A DNA stretch of 64,000 nucleotides from an uncultured delta proteobacterium (GTDB taxonomy: Bacteria > Desulfobacterota > Desulfobacteria > Desulfobacterales > JAFDCJ01): positions 32,001 to 96,000 of the forward strand of contig CAVYNY010000017.1 of NCBI GenBank assembly GCA_963769935.1, given 5' to 3'. The position numbers and the translations under genes were made by a program. Below the pieces are notes generated by a model. It ran no database searches. It was not told the DNA's origin and saw nothing but the letters and a program-made list of their open reading frames with translations. Shown here one piece after another: positions 1 to 10,018 of the stretch (positions are counted from its first letter, which is position 1; each line of letters begins with the position of its first letter).

Positions 1-371
1 AGGTGGACTATGTCTTTGCCGGCGACTTCCACGGTTACGCCCGAACCCATTTCGGTTTGACCAATTACCTGGTGACCGGCGGCGGCGGTGCCCGCCTGAA
101 AAATAAAAAATTCAAACAATTTCATCATGCCGTGGTGGTGACGGTCAGCCAGGATCGGGTATCCGAGCGGATCATTCAGGTGGACAAAAGCGACGAGTTT
201 GAAGATGCTTTAGAAAAGTTGGCTGTCGGCGAGGTTTACCCCTGGCTTATTAAATATCGCATGTTTGTTGTGCCGGCCAATGCAATCCTGCTGGTTATTT
301 TTTTCGGCATGTTTTATACTCTGCGAAAGCGCCTTAAAAATGATGCGGGTCTATCTGCCATTAATTTGTAA
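1..371 (+). CDS. Metallophosphoesterase-family protein, C-terminal part (runs off window start) with C-terminal TM helix
   Basis: YVFAGDFHGY...YLVTGGGG resembles the last calcineurin-like phosphoesterase motifs; hydrophobic C-terminal segment. Confidence 0.65.
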   Translation, partial: VDYVFAGDFHGYARTHFGLTNYLVTGGGGARLKNKKFKQFHHAVVVTVSQDRVSERIIQVDKSDEFEDALEKLAVGEVYPWLIKYRMFVVPANAILLVIFFGMFYTLRKRLKNDAGLSAINL

Positions 372-490
372 ATTCATGCGGGTGGGACCCTGAACCAAGG
401 TGAAATCCCTCGAACAAAAACAAAAAAGGAAAGCATCCTAGTCATCATGGACATTATCGCATACATCGCAAAACACAGATTGCCATTCTC

Positions 491-2062
491 ATGTTGCTCC
501 TTTGCATGGGGTTTTTACTCTTCTTTTACAAGGTCGGAGACCGCGATCTCTGGGCGCCGGATGAAGATGAATACGCCCAGATGAGCCGGGAAATGATCCG
601 CGATGGCCACTGGATATTTCCGACCGTCAACGGCCAACCCTGGGCCATCAAGCCGGTGCTCTACAATTGGCTTATCGCCGCGGTTTCACTGCCGGGTGGG
701 GATGTCAATGAGTTTGACGCCCGGGTCTTTTCCGCCCTGGCCGCCCTGGGTACATTTTTGATGACGTTTTATCTTGGCCGGCGAATGTTTTCGACCCAAG
801 CGGGACTTTTAGCGGCAACGGTTTTAGGAACCAGCATTCTTTTTCTCAAATTCGCCCGCTGGTCGCAGACCTATATGCTGTCGACATTTTTTGCGATGCT
901 GGCACTTTTTCTTTTCTATCGGGGCTACCGATCGGAAGACAAACGCACGGTTTCCTACCTTTTGATGTATGCCGCCACCGGCCTGGGGGTGTTGACCATG
1001 GGGCCGGTCAACCTGGCAATGCCCGGTCTGGTCATATTCGTGTATCTGCTGTTCATGAAGGATTGGCGGCATATCAGGTACATGCGGTTGGGATGGGGAA
1101 TTCTGATCTTTGTGGCGATCACAGCCCCCTGGTACGTCGCGGTGAGTCTGCAGGAGGGCTACGCCTTCGACCTGCTCATCAAAACCAATGTTTCGCGTTA
1201 TTTTCATACCTGGACCCACGAGGAGCCTTTCTATTACTACCTGATAAATCTGCCGTGGGCCTTTGCACCCTGGTCGCTGTTTTTGCCGGGCGCCTTCCAT
1301 TCGGCCTTTTCCCGGCGGTCACAGGACGACCGCAACGCACTGCGCTTTCTGCTGATCTGGGCCATCGGCCTGTTTGTGTTCTTTTCCATTTCCCAGGCCA
1401 AGCGCGACGAATACATTCTGGGCCTTTATCCGGCCCTGGCGCTTTTGGTGGGGTATTGGGGCGACAAAGCCATTCAGCTCTGGCCCGATAAATATTACCG
1501 CAAGTGGGTGATCGTCCCGTCGCTGATCTTCCTGGGGCTTATGGCGCTGGCAACCCTGGCGCTGCCGGTGGCAACGGGCATTTTCTTCAAGCAATGGTTT
1601 TGGGCGGCCACGGGCGTGAGCGTGATCACCGGGATCTGCGCCGTGCTGCTATGGGTTGCCTGGCGCCGCAATCAGGCCCGCCGCCTGCTGTTTTTGCCGG
1701 CGGCCTTCATGCTGGTATTTACGCTCTACGCCGTGCAGGTGCTGATACCCAGAATGGAAATTTACAAGTCGCCGCGCCCATTTTGCGAGCAGATTACAGC
1801 GCGGCTGGCAACCGGCGGGCAGTGGGCCATGTACAAATTTTACCGGGCGGCCTATGTCTATTACACGGACAGTTTCTGCAAAGTTTTAGAGGACGATAAC
1901 GAATTGCAGGTGTTTCTCGATCAGCCGACCCTATCTCTGGTGGTTATGCGAGAAAAGCAATACAGACGATTAAGCGATGCCCTCAAGGCCAAAACTCAGC
2001 TGCTTTTCCAGGACCAAATCGGTCATCGCGCGATGGTGCTGATCTCCAATCGGAAGGGGTAG
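491..2062 (+). CDS. ArnT/PMT-family (GT39/GT83-like) membrane glycosyltransferase
   Basis: LWAPDEDEYAQMSREM motif, KPVLYNWL, many TM helices, HEEPFYYY. The true start may be ATG 447 with a 1-nt deletion near 480. Confidence 0.85.
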   Translation: MLLLCMGFLLFFYKVGDRDLWAPDEDEYAQMSREMIRDGHWIFPTVNGQPWAIKPVLYNWLIAAVSLPGGDVNEFDARVFSALAALGTFLMTFYLGRRMFSTQAGLLAATVLGTSILFLKFARWSQTYMLSTFFAMLALFLFYRGYRSEDKRTVSYLLMYAATGLGVLTMGPVNLAMPGLVIFVYLLFMKDWRHIRYMRLGWGILIFVAITAPWYVAVSLQEGYAFDLLIKTNVSRYFHTWTHEEPFYYYLINLPWAFAPWSLFLPGAFHSAFSRRSQDDRNALRFLLIWAIGLFVFFSISQAKRDEYILGLYPALALLVGYWGDKAIQLWPDKYYRKWVIVPSLIFLGLMALATLALPVATGIFFKQWFWAATGVSVITGICAVLLWVAWRRNQARRLLFLPAAFMLVFTLYAVQVLIPRMEIYKSPRPFCEQITARLATGGQWAMYKFYRAAYVYYTDSFCKVLEDDNELQVFLDQPTLSLVVMREKQYRRLSDALKAKTQLLFQDQIGHRAMVLISNRKG

Positions 2063-2065
2063 TAT

Positions 2066-2749
2066 ATGAAATTACTCCTCGTGGATGATGAACCGGGCCT
2101 TTTGGATCAACTCGTCAAAATGCTCACCCGCCAGCGCTACGATGTCGATACCGCCGCCGACGGAGAAGCCGCCCTGGACAAACTGTTTGAAAACCCTTAC
2201 GATTTGGTTGTCCTGGACATTATGCTGCCGAAGACCGACGGGTTGACGGTGCTTAAGGAAATGCGTGCGGCCGGCATCCGGACTCCCGTCCTCATGCTGA
2301 CCGCGAAGGGCGCGGTCGAAGACAAGGTCAAGGGGTTGGATTACGGGGCGGACGACTATCTGGCCAAACCCTTTGCCACGGCCGAATTGATGGCCAGAAT
2401 CCGCACGCTTTTCAGGCGCAGCGGTGAGCAGATGCATGCCGTACTGATCGTCAATGATATCACCCTGGATACCAGAACCCGCGAAGCCCGCCGTCAAGGT
2501 CGTATCCTAGAGCTGACACCCAAAGAATTTTCAATTTTGGAATTTCTCTTGTATAACAAAAACCGGGCGGTTTCCCGATTCACGCTGGCGGAGCATGTCT
2601 GGGGCGAGGCCTTCGATCCGTTTACCATGTCCAATTTCATCGACGTCCACCTGAAAAATCTGCGACGCAAAATCGGCGATGCCGGCGACCATAAGGTCAT
2701 TCGCACCATCCGCGGCATCGGATTTATCATCGAGGATGACCCAAGTTGA
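2066..2749 (+). CDS. OmpR-family DNA-binding response regulator
   Basis: LLVDDE, LDIMLP, GADDYLAKPF, winged helix ending IRTIRGIGF. Confidence 0.95.
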   Translation: MKLLLVDDEPGLLDQLVKMLTRQRYDVDTAADGEAALDKLFENPYDLVVLDIMLPKTDGLTVLKEMRAAGIRTPVLMLTAKGAVEDKVKGLDYGADDYLAKPFATAELMARIRTLFRRSGEQMHAVLIVNDITLDTRTREARRQGRILELTPKEFSILEFLLYNKNRAVSRFTLAEHVWGEAFDPFTMSNFIDVHLKNLRRKIGDAGDHKVIRTIRGIGFIIEDDPS

Positions 2750-4125
2750 AAATACGGCTAAAAATAGCTCTGTGGATTACCGGGGCCGGCGTTTTGGTAA
2801 GTCTGGTATTCTCGACAGTCGTATTTTTGGCAATGATTGAGCAGCCCTACCGCCTGATAGATAATGAGTTGAGTACGGTTTCCAAGTTTGTGATGCGCTT
2901 TGCGCTTCCGACAGGTGAAATACCGGAGCGGATAAAAAACACCAACTCGCCGATGAATTCAAAGGAATATTGGATCAAGATCTTCAACACCCATCAGACG
3001 GTCGTTTACCAGTCGGAATTGACCCGCTATGTAGATTTGCCGCTGTATGATAAGCATAGCGGATATACGGTCAGAACCACTGTCCCCGGCGAGCACTTGC
3101 GGCTGAACCGGGACAAAGAAAAGGAAGTGACTTTTCGGGTTAGAAGATTTCGGGTGCCGGTTAAAGGCGGCACCTATATCGTTCAGATCGGCAAGCCGAT
3201 TGAAAAGCTGGATGAAGAAACTATCGAGACAATAAAAGGGATTGCTTTCGGGCTAGCAACGGCGATGCTGCTGCTCGTTGTTCTGAGCTACCTGATCGCC
3301 GGCAAGGTGCTCAAACCGATCGGGGTGATTGACCGGTTGGCGCGGGAGATCAATGACAAAAACCTGAGCGTGCGCATTCCCCTCGGCCAAAGCCGCGACG
3401 AGCTCTATCGCCTGTCGAAGTCTCTCAATCGAATGTTCGACCGATTGCAGAGTTCTTTTGATACCCAAAAAGAGTTTGTCGCCAGTGCTTCTCATGAATT
3501 GAAAAGCCCGCTGGCCCTGCTGCAGCTGTCAATGGAGGACGGCATCCAAAATCCGGATTTGCCGGTAAGTTTCCGGGAGCAATTAATCCGGCAAACGGAT
3601 ATTGTGCGCCGAATGAGCCGACTGGTAAAAAACCTGCTGGATTTATCAGCCCTGGAGTTGAAAGAATGCCTCGATCTGAAGGAGATCGACCTGGCCGAAT
3701 TGATAAAATCGGTTCTCAGCGATTATGAAGTGGTATTCAGCACAAAAAAGATCGACGTCCAGGCCGATATCCCGCCAGAGCTGAAAGTCAAGGGGGATCG
3801 GGAAAATCTGCAGCGGGCCATTATCAACCTGGTCGACAACGCCGTCAAATATAATCAAGAAGGCGGGAAAATAAAACTGGAGGCGGCGGCAAAGAACAAG
3901 GGGGTGCACATGTCTTTGTTGAATACCGGCATGGGCATTCCGGCCGCGGATCTTGATCGCGTTTTTGTGCAGTTTTATCGGGTTGAAAAGTCACGATCCG
4001 CCGCCTACGGCGGATCGGGTCTGGGACTATCCATCGTAAAGCGTATCATCGAACTTCACGGCGGCCGTATAGACATAGAAAGCGACCCGTCTGCCTGGAC
4101 CCGCGTGAATATTTTTCTGCCGTAA
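2746..4125 (+). CDS. HAMP-domain sensor histidine kinase
   Basis: Two TM segments, HAMP, ASHELKSPL H-box, NLVDNAVKY, GSGLGLSI; overlaps the regulator stop codon. Confidence 0.95.
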   Translation: MKIRLKIALWITGAGVLVSLVFSTVVFLAMIEQPYRLIDNELSTVSKFVMRFALPTGEIPERIKNTNSPMNSKEYWIKIFNTHQTVVYQSELTRYVDLPLYDKHSGYTVRTTVPGEHLRLNRDKEKEVTFRVRRFRVPVKGGTYIVQIGKPIEKLDEETIETIKGIAFGLATAMLLLVVLSYLIAGKVLKPIGVIDRLAREINDKNLSVRIPLGQSRDELYRLSKSLNRMFDRLQSSFDTQKEFVASASHELKSPLALLQLSMEDGIQNPDLPVSFREQLIRQTDIVRRMSRLVKNLLDLSALELKECLDLKEIDLAELIKSVLSDYEVVFSTKKIDVQADIPPELKVKGDRENLQRAIINLVDNAVKYNQEGGKIKLEAAAKNKGVHMSLLNTGMGIPAADLDRVFVQFYRVEKSRSAAYGGSGLGLSIVKRIIELHGGRIDIESDPSAWTRVNIFLP

Positions 4126-4154
4126 TTAATTCCTGATTGCTATTTGCAAATTTC

Positions 4155-4871
4155 TTACTCCGCAAACATCCAGTTATCCGAGCCGGTCAACTTAATTCCG
4201 ACGCCTGTGAACCACACCCGAAAATTTTTATCCTCCCCCTGATGATTCAAAGCCACCACCAGTGGGCCCACCTGTCGATGATTTTCCCAGGTGGCGATGC
4301 TGGTGGGTTTGTCTGAACCGCCGCGGCGATAGGCCCATTGCTGCAGCCGGTAATCATCGGCAAGATAAACCTCATAAACATCACCGGGGGTATACGCCCC
4401 CTCGGTCGCCGAATAGGTGACCACGACACACCCGGCCGGGCCGCCGCCAATAGGAAGCTTTCGGCGGCCGACATCTTCCACTTTTGCATCGGTGTCCCAG
4501 ACAATGTGAAACGGAAACAACAGCCAGTAATTGTCATTGATGAACCAGGCATCAACCTTTTTCAGCGCGGATGAGGCGGTCCTTTCGATTTCATGACGAT
4601 AGTAAGTGACCGGTTCCCGATAATCCATCCCCTTGAACGTGACCCTGTTATTTTTGGGCTCCCAGATCCAGAAACGGCTGATCTGAATTTCGCCGAGCTT
4701 TATGTTAAACGTGTACTGGATCTGTTCAACCTGAGGAAAATATTGAACACCATAAGATTTGCCGATGCGCTGCCGTATGACTATCTCCGATGTTTGCTTG
4801 TCATGACCGGCACAGGCGCCAAGACCTATGAGCAGAAGAGATATCAGAAGACATCCCCCAAAAAATTTCAT
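4155..4871 (-). CDS. Uncharacterised lipoprotein (paralog of 7779..8501)
   Basis: Lipobox-like LGAC; shares FINDNYWLLFP, YTPGDVYE and RQVGPLV with 7779..8501. Confidence 0.8.
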   Translation of the reverse strand: MKFFGGCLLISLLLIGLGACAGHDKQTSEIVIRQRIGKSYGVQYFPQVEQIQYTFNIKLGEIQISRFWIWEPKNNRVTFKGMDYREPVTYYRHEIERTASSALKKVDAWFINDNYWLLFPFHIVWDTDAKVEDVGRRKLPIGGGPAGCVVVTYSATEGAYTPGDVYEVYLADDYRLQQWAYRRGGSDKPTSIATWENHRQVGPLVVALNHQGEDKNFRVWFTGVGIKLTGSDNWMFAE

Positions 4872-4894
4872 AAAATACCCCCTCCTTGACTTGC

Positions 4895-5506
4895 TTACTT
4901 TGCAAGTTTTGCAGCAATATTCGCTACATGCCGGCCCTGAAACCGTGCGGCCTCCAGTTCGTTTTCGCTCGGCATGCGGGAGCCGTCTCTGCCGGCGATC
5001 GTTGAAGCGCCGTAGGGGGAACCGCCGGTTATCTCATCGATGCGCATTTGCCCCTGGAACGCATAGGGCAGGCCCACAACCACAAACCCCTGATGCAGCA
5101 GGGTGATATGAAAACTTAGAATGGTGGATTCCTGCCCGCCGTGCTGGGTAGCGGAACTTGCAAAAACACTGCCCACTTTGCCTACCAGGGAACCATTGGC
5201 CCAGAGCTGCCCGGTGGCATCCAAAAACTGGCGCATCTGGCCGCACATGTTGCCGAAGCGGGTGGGGGTCCCGAAAATAATTGCGTCGGCGCCGGGCAAC
5301 TCATCCACTGTGCACACCGGTACATGGGCAAATGCTTTCTGGGCATCGACAGCGCCCATCTTTGCAAGCACGTCCTTCGTTAATGTTTCCGGAACGCGTC
5401 GCAGCTCGACTTCGGCTCCGTCCACTTGCTTGACGCCTTCAGCCACGGCCTCGGCCATTTTATAAATATGTCCATATGTCGAATAAAAAACAACTAATAC
5501 TTTCAT
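4895..5506 (-). CDS. wrbA: NAD(P)H:quinone oxidoreductase WrbA
   Basis: [29 protein letters not shown] motifs; GGAGG RBS. Confidence 0.95.
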   Translation of the reverse strand: MKVLVVFYSTYGHIYKMAEAVAEGVKQVDGAEVELRRVPETLTKDVLAKMGAVDAQKAFAHVPVCTVDELPGADAIIFGTPTRFGNMCGQMRQFLDATGQLWANGSLVGKVGSVFASSATQHGGQESTILSFHITLLHQGFVVVGLPYAFQGQMRIDEITGGSPYGASTIAGRDGSRMPSENELEAARFQGRHVANIAAKLAK

Positions 5507-5547
5507 GATTGATTCCTCCGTTTTTCAATTGAATATTGATGGACAAT

Positions 5548-5601
5548 AAAAAAAGCGCCGGTCTGCCCGGTCGCGTTTCCCTTTGACCAGACCGCGTTTT
5601 T
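5548..5601 (-). terminator. Terminator-like hairpin in the wrbA leader
   Basis: On the minus strand CGCGGTCTGGTC...GACCGGGCAGACCGGCGC is followed by a T7 run, ~45 nt before the wrbA ATG. Confidence 0.5.
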
Positions 5602-5629
5602 CTAAATTGTCATTGATGTCTCGATATTA

Positions 5630-5675
5630 ATTAGTTTAGCATCAAACTAATGCAGCCCTGTAATTCGGTCAAGAG
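5630..5675 (-). promoter_or_regulatory. wrbA sigma70 promoter with overlapping palindromic operator
   Basis: Minus strand TTGACC-17-TAGTTT; perfect inverted repeat ATTAGTTT-N6-AAACTAAT at 5630..5651. Confidence 0.6.
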
Positions 5676-5906
5676 ATTGCCCATATTTTCCGGCGGCCGC
5701 TATGAAATAATAAAGGAAAACTCTACGCAGATCGTGCCGGCTTGACAATGTGCCGCGTTGTCGTATTTTCGGGTAATAGATTCTTTCCTCGGATCCTTTC
5801 TTAATACCGTGTCAGATAACCTGGGGAAGAGATCTTTCTATTCTTAGTCTACCTGCCCGAGGGACAGCATCGATCCAAGTCTGCCATATTCAAAGGAGGA
5901 TACCAA

Positions 5907-6728
5907 GTGAATAATAAGTTCTTTAATATAACATCGGCCGTTTTCTTAACGGCAATTTTAGTTTTTGCTTTCTCACCGGCGCAGGCTTTTGAACTGCAAT
6001 GGTTCGGACAATCTGCTTTTAAAATCACTACCCCGGGCGGCAAAGTCATTTTGATTGACCCTTTTATCACGAAGAACCCGAAGACTCCCGAAGCTTTCAA
6101 GGACCTTGGAAAATTAGGAAAGATTGATTTGATACTTGTCACACACGGCCACGGCGATCATATCGGCGATACTGCTGAAATTTCAAAAATGAGCGGTGCA
6201 AAAGTGGCGATGAACGCCGATATGGGACATACCTTTGCCTCATTGGGATGGGTGCCGTATGATCGTTTAATCGGTTTTAACAAAGGCGGAACGATAACGC
6301 CGCTTGGCCCGGATATAAGAATCACCATGGTACAGGCCCAGCACAGTTCGGATGTGGTTTTTACCGACCCGGCGACGCAAAAGAAAACGGTGCTCCCGGG
6401 CGGCGAGCCGGTCGGCTACATCATTGAGCTGGAAAATGGCTTTAAAATTTACCATGCCGGGGACACGGGGGTTTTCGGCGACATGCAAATCATCGGAGAT
6501 TATTACAAACCGGACCTGGCTTTGTTACCCATAGGTGGACATTATACCATGGATCCGGCCGGCGCCGCCTATGCCGTTCGAAATTTCTTAAAGGTAAGCC
6601 GGATCATACCCATGCATTACGGTACCTTTCCGCCCCTGAAGGGGACCCCCCAGGAGCTGAAACAACAACTTGCGGGTCATTCCGCAGAGGTTATTGTAAT
6701 GGAGCCCGGTGAGAAACGAAATTTTTAA
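5907..6728 (+). CDS. Exported metallo-beta-lactamase-fold hydrolase (UPF0173-like)
   Basis: Signal peptide, THGHGDH, YHAGDTG, LPIGGHYTM, IPMHYGTFP; AAAGGAGG RBS. Confidence 0.9.
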   Translation: MNNKFFNITSAVFLTAILVFAFSPAQAFELQWFGQSAFKITTPGGKVILIDPFITKNPKTPEAFKDLGKLGKIDLILVTHGHGDHIGDTAEISKMSGAKVAMNADMGHTFASLGWVPYDRLIGFNKGGTITPLGPDIRITMVQAQHSSDVVFTDPATQKKTVLPGGEPVGYIIELENGFKIYHAGDTGVFGDMQIIGDYYKPDLALLPIGGHYTMDPAGAAYAVRNFLKVSRIIPMHYGTFPPLKGTPQELKQQLAGHSAEVIVMEPGEKRNF

Positions 6729-6879
6729 AATACTGCCAAGGGAAATATCCCCAGGCGGGCCGCAGGTCACTAAACCTTAAAAAAAGACTAAAATTAGAGC
6801 AGCGTTTGTGTTAAATAGACTTATGCGGAGGTGGTGTATCAGATTCGAAGTGAACTATATTCGGAAGAGAGTTTTAGAA

Positions 6880-7758
6880 ATGAAATTGAAATGCATTAAA
6901 ATTTTAATCCCTCTGGCCATTGTTATGGTTGTGTTTTCCATTTCCCCTCTGGGAGCTTCCGGAGCCGTCGAATGGAGCATCCTGAAAACGCTCAAGTTGG
7001 ATGCCGCCCCTATTGATATGGCCGTTTCCCCCGACGGCAGAAGAATTTTCGTGCTTACCGAGCAGGGAAAAATCATTGTTTATTCTGCCGATGCCGAAGA
7101 AGAGGCCACCATTGACGTGGGACGGCAGGTGGACAAAATCCGACTGGGCCCCGAGGGGGACATACTTATCTCAAACAGCCGTGAAAACAAAACGGTGCAG
7201 GTCTTTGCCGTTGACTTCATTCAGAAGATCAATATTTCCGGCTCCCCGTTCAAAGGCCCGGTCGATGCACCCATTGTGATTGTTGCTTTCGACGATTTCC
7301 AGTGACCTTACTGTGCCAGGCTTGTGCCGGTACTCGGGCAGGTGCTCGAAAAATATCCCAGGGATGTAAAAGTTGTCTTTAAAAATTTTCCGCTCAACAG
7401 CCACAGATTTGCCTTCCAAGCCGCGGCGGCCGCTCTGGCGGCCGGCGCCCAGGGAAAATTCTGGGAATTTCACGACCGGCTGTTTGAAAATTACAACCAC
7501 CTGAATGATCAGACAATTCGGGACATAGCCTTATCATTGAATTTGGATATGGTCGAATTCGAGAAAAAAATGAAAGACCCCGAAATACAAAAGAGAATCC
7601 GACAGGACATTATTGATGGGAGCCAAGCGGGGGTCAACAGCACCCCCACCGTCTTTATCAACGGCAGGCTTTTAAGAAACCGAAGCTTTGCAGGATTCCA
7701 GGCGGCTATTGAAAAAGAACTGCAATCGCTCGACAATAAGGCCGCTAAACCGAATTAA
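6880..7758 (+). CDS. DsbA/thioredoxin-fold selenoprotein (UPYC motif) with N-terminal signal and beta-propeller-like segment
   Basis: ORFs 6808..7305 and 7324..7758 are in the same frame, separated only by TGA 7303-7305: FDDFQ-U-PYCARL; downstream KNFPL, GKFWEFHD, GVNSTPTVFING; hairpin follows the UGA. Confidence 0.85.
7320..7340 (+). promoter_or_regulatory. Candidate bacterial SECIS element
   Basis: GCTTG-TG-CCGG-TAC-T-CGGGC can fold into a stem-loop with a G-containing apical loop ~20-25 nt after the UGA. Confidence 0.55.
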
Positions 7759-7778
7759 TTACTTATAAAAAGAAGGAG

Positions 7779-8501
7779 GTGTCCATTATGGATTCACCAA
7801 TAAAATATCTTCTAATTACATTAGTGCTGGGTATTACGGTTGCATGCTCCGGGGTCCAGAATCAGGCCGGGGCGGCGGACATGCGCCAGAAAGTCGCCGA
7901 AGCTTATGGAATTCAAAACTTCGGGCAAATCGAGCAGATCAGATATACGTTCAACGTGCAGTTGGGCGACAAAAGTGTCAGCCGATCCTGGATCTGGCAG
8001 CCGAAGACGGATGAGGTTACCTTTACGGCCGGCGGCAATGCGCAGCCGATCACCTATAGCCGCAAAAAAATTTCGGCTGCCGCCCCCGATAATTTGAAAA
8101 AGATCGACGGTATGTTTATCAATGACAATTACTGGCTTTTATTTCCGATACACATGGCCTGGGACCATCAGGCCAAGGTTGAGGATGCCGGTCAAAAAGA
8201 TTTGCCCATAGGCGCCGGAAAAGCCAGATGTCTGGTTGTGAGCTATCCGTCTGAAGGCGGCTATACGCCCGGCGATGTATACGAACTTTTTCTGGACGAC
8301 AGCTATCGGATAACCCAATGGATCTACCATAAAGGCGGTGCAGCAGCACCAACCAGGATCGCCACCTGGGAGGACAATCGCCAGGTAGGACCGTTGGTGC
8401 TTTCACTGAATCGTCCAGGGGCCGATAAAAATTTCCGCGTATGGTTTTCAGACGTGGCCGTCAAGACGAGCAGCTCAGCCAACTGGATTGGTGCAGATTA
8501 A
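7779..8501 (+). CDS. Uncharacterised lipoprotein (paralog of 4155..4871)
   Basis: Lipobox-like VAC; shared motifs with 4155..4871; AAGGAGG RBS. Confidence 0.8.
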   Translation: MSIMDSPIKYLLITLVLGITVACSGVQNQAGAADMRQKVAEAYGIQNFGQIEQIRYTFNVQLGDKSVSRSWIWQPKTDEVTFTAGGNAQPITYSRKKISAAAPDNLKKIDGMFINDNYWLLFPIHMAWDHQAKVEDAGQKDLPIGAGKARCLVVSYPSEGGYTPGDVYELFLDDSYRITQWIYHKGGAAAPTRIATWEDNRQVGPLVLSLNRPGADKNFRVWFSDVAVKTSSSANWIGAD

Positions 8502-8672
8502 ATTCCCGCTCCTCTTAAATTATCCGCCCTGAAAAATAGCACATTCAGAAAAAGAATTCTAGAATAAATCCAAAAAGACCGTTGTACTCACGGACATATT
8601 AATGATAGAAATCGGACAAAATTTTCGAAAACCCCTGAAATTTAAAAACCTGTAGAAAATGAAAGGAGACAT

Positions 8673-9131
8673 ATGAAAACAATCGCCAGGGTCGCAACCT
8701 TCGTATTTATCGCTGCATTTGTGTTGACGGCTGCCTACGCTCAGTTTGATAAACCCGAAGACGCCATCAAATACCGTCAATCGGTCATGTTTCTGATTGG
8801 ACAGCATGTCAAGCGCATGGGAGCTGTCGTCCAGGGCAAGGCGGCCTACGACAAGGATGATTTTGCTGCCAACGCCGATGTCGTCGCAATGCTGGCAACC
8901 CTTCCGTGGCAGGCCTTCACGCAACCGGGTACCGATAAAGGTGATACGAACATGACTTCGGCGGTGTTTGAAAAGGAGGATCAATTCAGAGAAATATCGG
9001 AATCATTTCAAACTGCAACCGCAAAGCTGGCCAGTACCGCCCGAGACGGCGATCTTAACGCCATCAAGGCGCAATTCGGCAAGACTGCCCAAAACTGCAA
9101 CAACTGCCACAAGGAATTTCGTAAAAAGTAG
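8673..9131 (+). CDS. Cytochrome c' (class II cytochrome c)
   Basis: Signal peptide, PEDAIKYRQ, C-terminal CNNCH haem motif. Confidence 0.93.
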   Translation: MKTIARVATFVFIAAFVLTAAYAQFDKPEDAIKYRQSVMFLIGQHVKRMGAVVQGKAAYDKDDFAANADVVAMLATLPWQAFTQPGTDKGDTNMTSAVFEKEDQFREISESFQTATAKLASTARDGDLNAIKAQFGKTAQNCNNCHKEFRKK

Positions 9132-9301
9132 AGCCCAGCGGCTTCAGGTTCAGGGCTCAAAGGTTGCAATTGAAAACCATTGCCAAGAATAATAAAAACT
9201 ACCATATGCCGCTTACTTCACGTGGCCAATTGTCGTAACCATCGGCATATGCCAATGGGCGCAATCCAAGGCGGGAAACCCTGAACCGCTCAACCTAAAA
9301 T

Positions 9302-10003
9302 TCAATAAAGAATTAAATAGGCGGCGACTGCCACCACCGCAGCGATGGTAAGGGCCAAGGCCGGATTGCCCCAGGCAGAATCCTGGTTTTGATGCCATTC
9401 TTTGGTACCTGTGATCATCGGTTTGATCAGGTTTTCGCGCTTGGCGACAAGGTAGAACAGGACTGCACAGATATGGATTACCACCAGAACCAGGAGTACT
9501 TTTTGATTCAGGAGATGAATGCCCGTCAGCCAGTCACTGGTTTTCTTGCTGACCCAACCGTACAACGGACCTTCGAAAAGGATATCGTCATTGGCAAATA
9601 GACCGGTGCCGGCCTGAATGAGGAGTGAAATCAGCATGGCTATGATCGACCATCCACCGAGCGGATTGTGACCGAGATGGCGCCTTGAATCTGTGTGCAG
9701 CAGGGAAGATGCGTAGCGAATAACCGCGGCCGGACCCTTCACGAAGGTGATAAACCGCGACTGCTGTCCACCCGTAAAGCCCCATACCAGCCGGAATACA
9801 ACCAGCACTATGATCGCAAATCCGCTCCATTCGTGATACTTAAGGGCGTTGCCGCCGATTTTACCTGTAGAAAAAGAGAAAACAACCAACGCAACCAGCA
9901 GCCAGTGAAAAAGCCGCGTAGGGATATCCCATACCCGAATCGAGTACATCTTTTTTTCAGCATTTTCCGGTGTCGATTGAAAGTCCGATTTCGGGTCATT
10001 CAT
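9302..10003 (-). CDS. Cytochrome b/b561-like di-haem membrane protein
   Basis: VWDIPTRLFHW, HEWSG, GHNPLGG, VIHI...ENLIKPMITG; AAGGAG RBS before ATG 10003. Confidence 0.9.
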   Translation of the reverse strand: MNDPKSDFQSTPENAEKKMYSIRVWDIPTRLFHWLLVALVVFSFSTGKIGGNALKYHEWSGFAIIVLVVFRLVWGFTGGQQSRFITFVKGPAAVIRYASSLLHTDSRRHLGHNPLGGWSIIAMLISLLIQAGTGLFANDDILFEGPLYGWVSKKTSDWLTGIHLLNQKVLLVLVVIHICAVLFYLVAKRENLIKPMITGTKEWHQNQDSAWGNPALALTIAAVVAVAAYLILY

Positions 10004-10018
10004 TTTCAGCAGCTCCTT

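Noticed and set aside
5548..5620. c-di-GMP or other known riboswitch upstream of wrbA
   Set aside because: No recognisable aptamer consensus; only a simple hairpin with a T-tract
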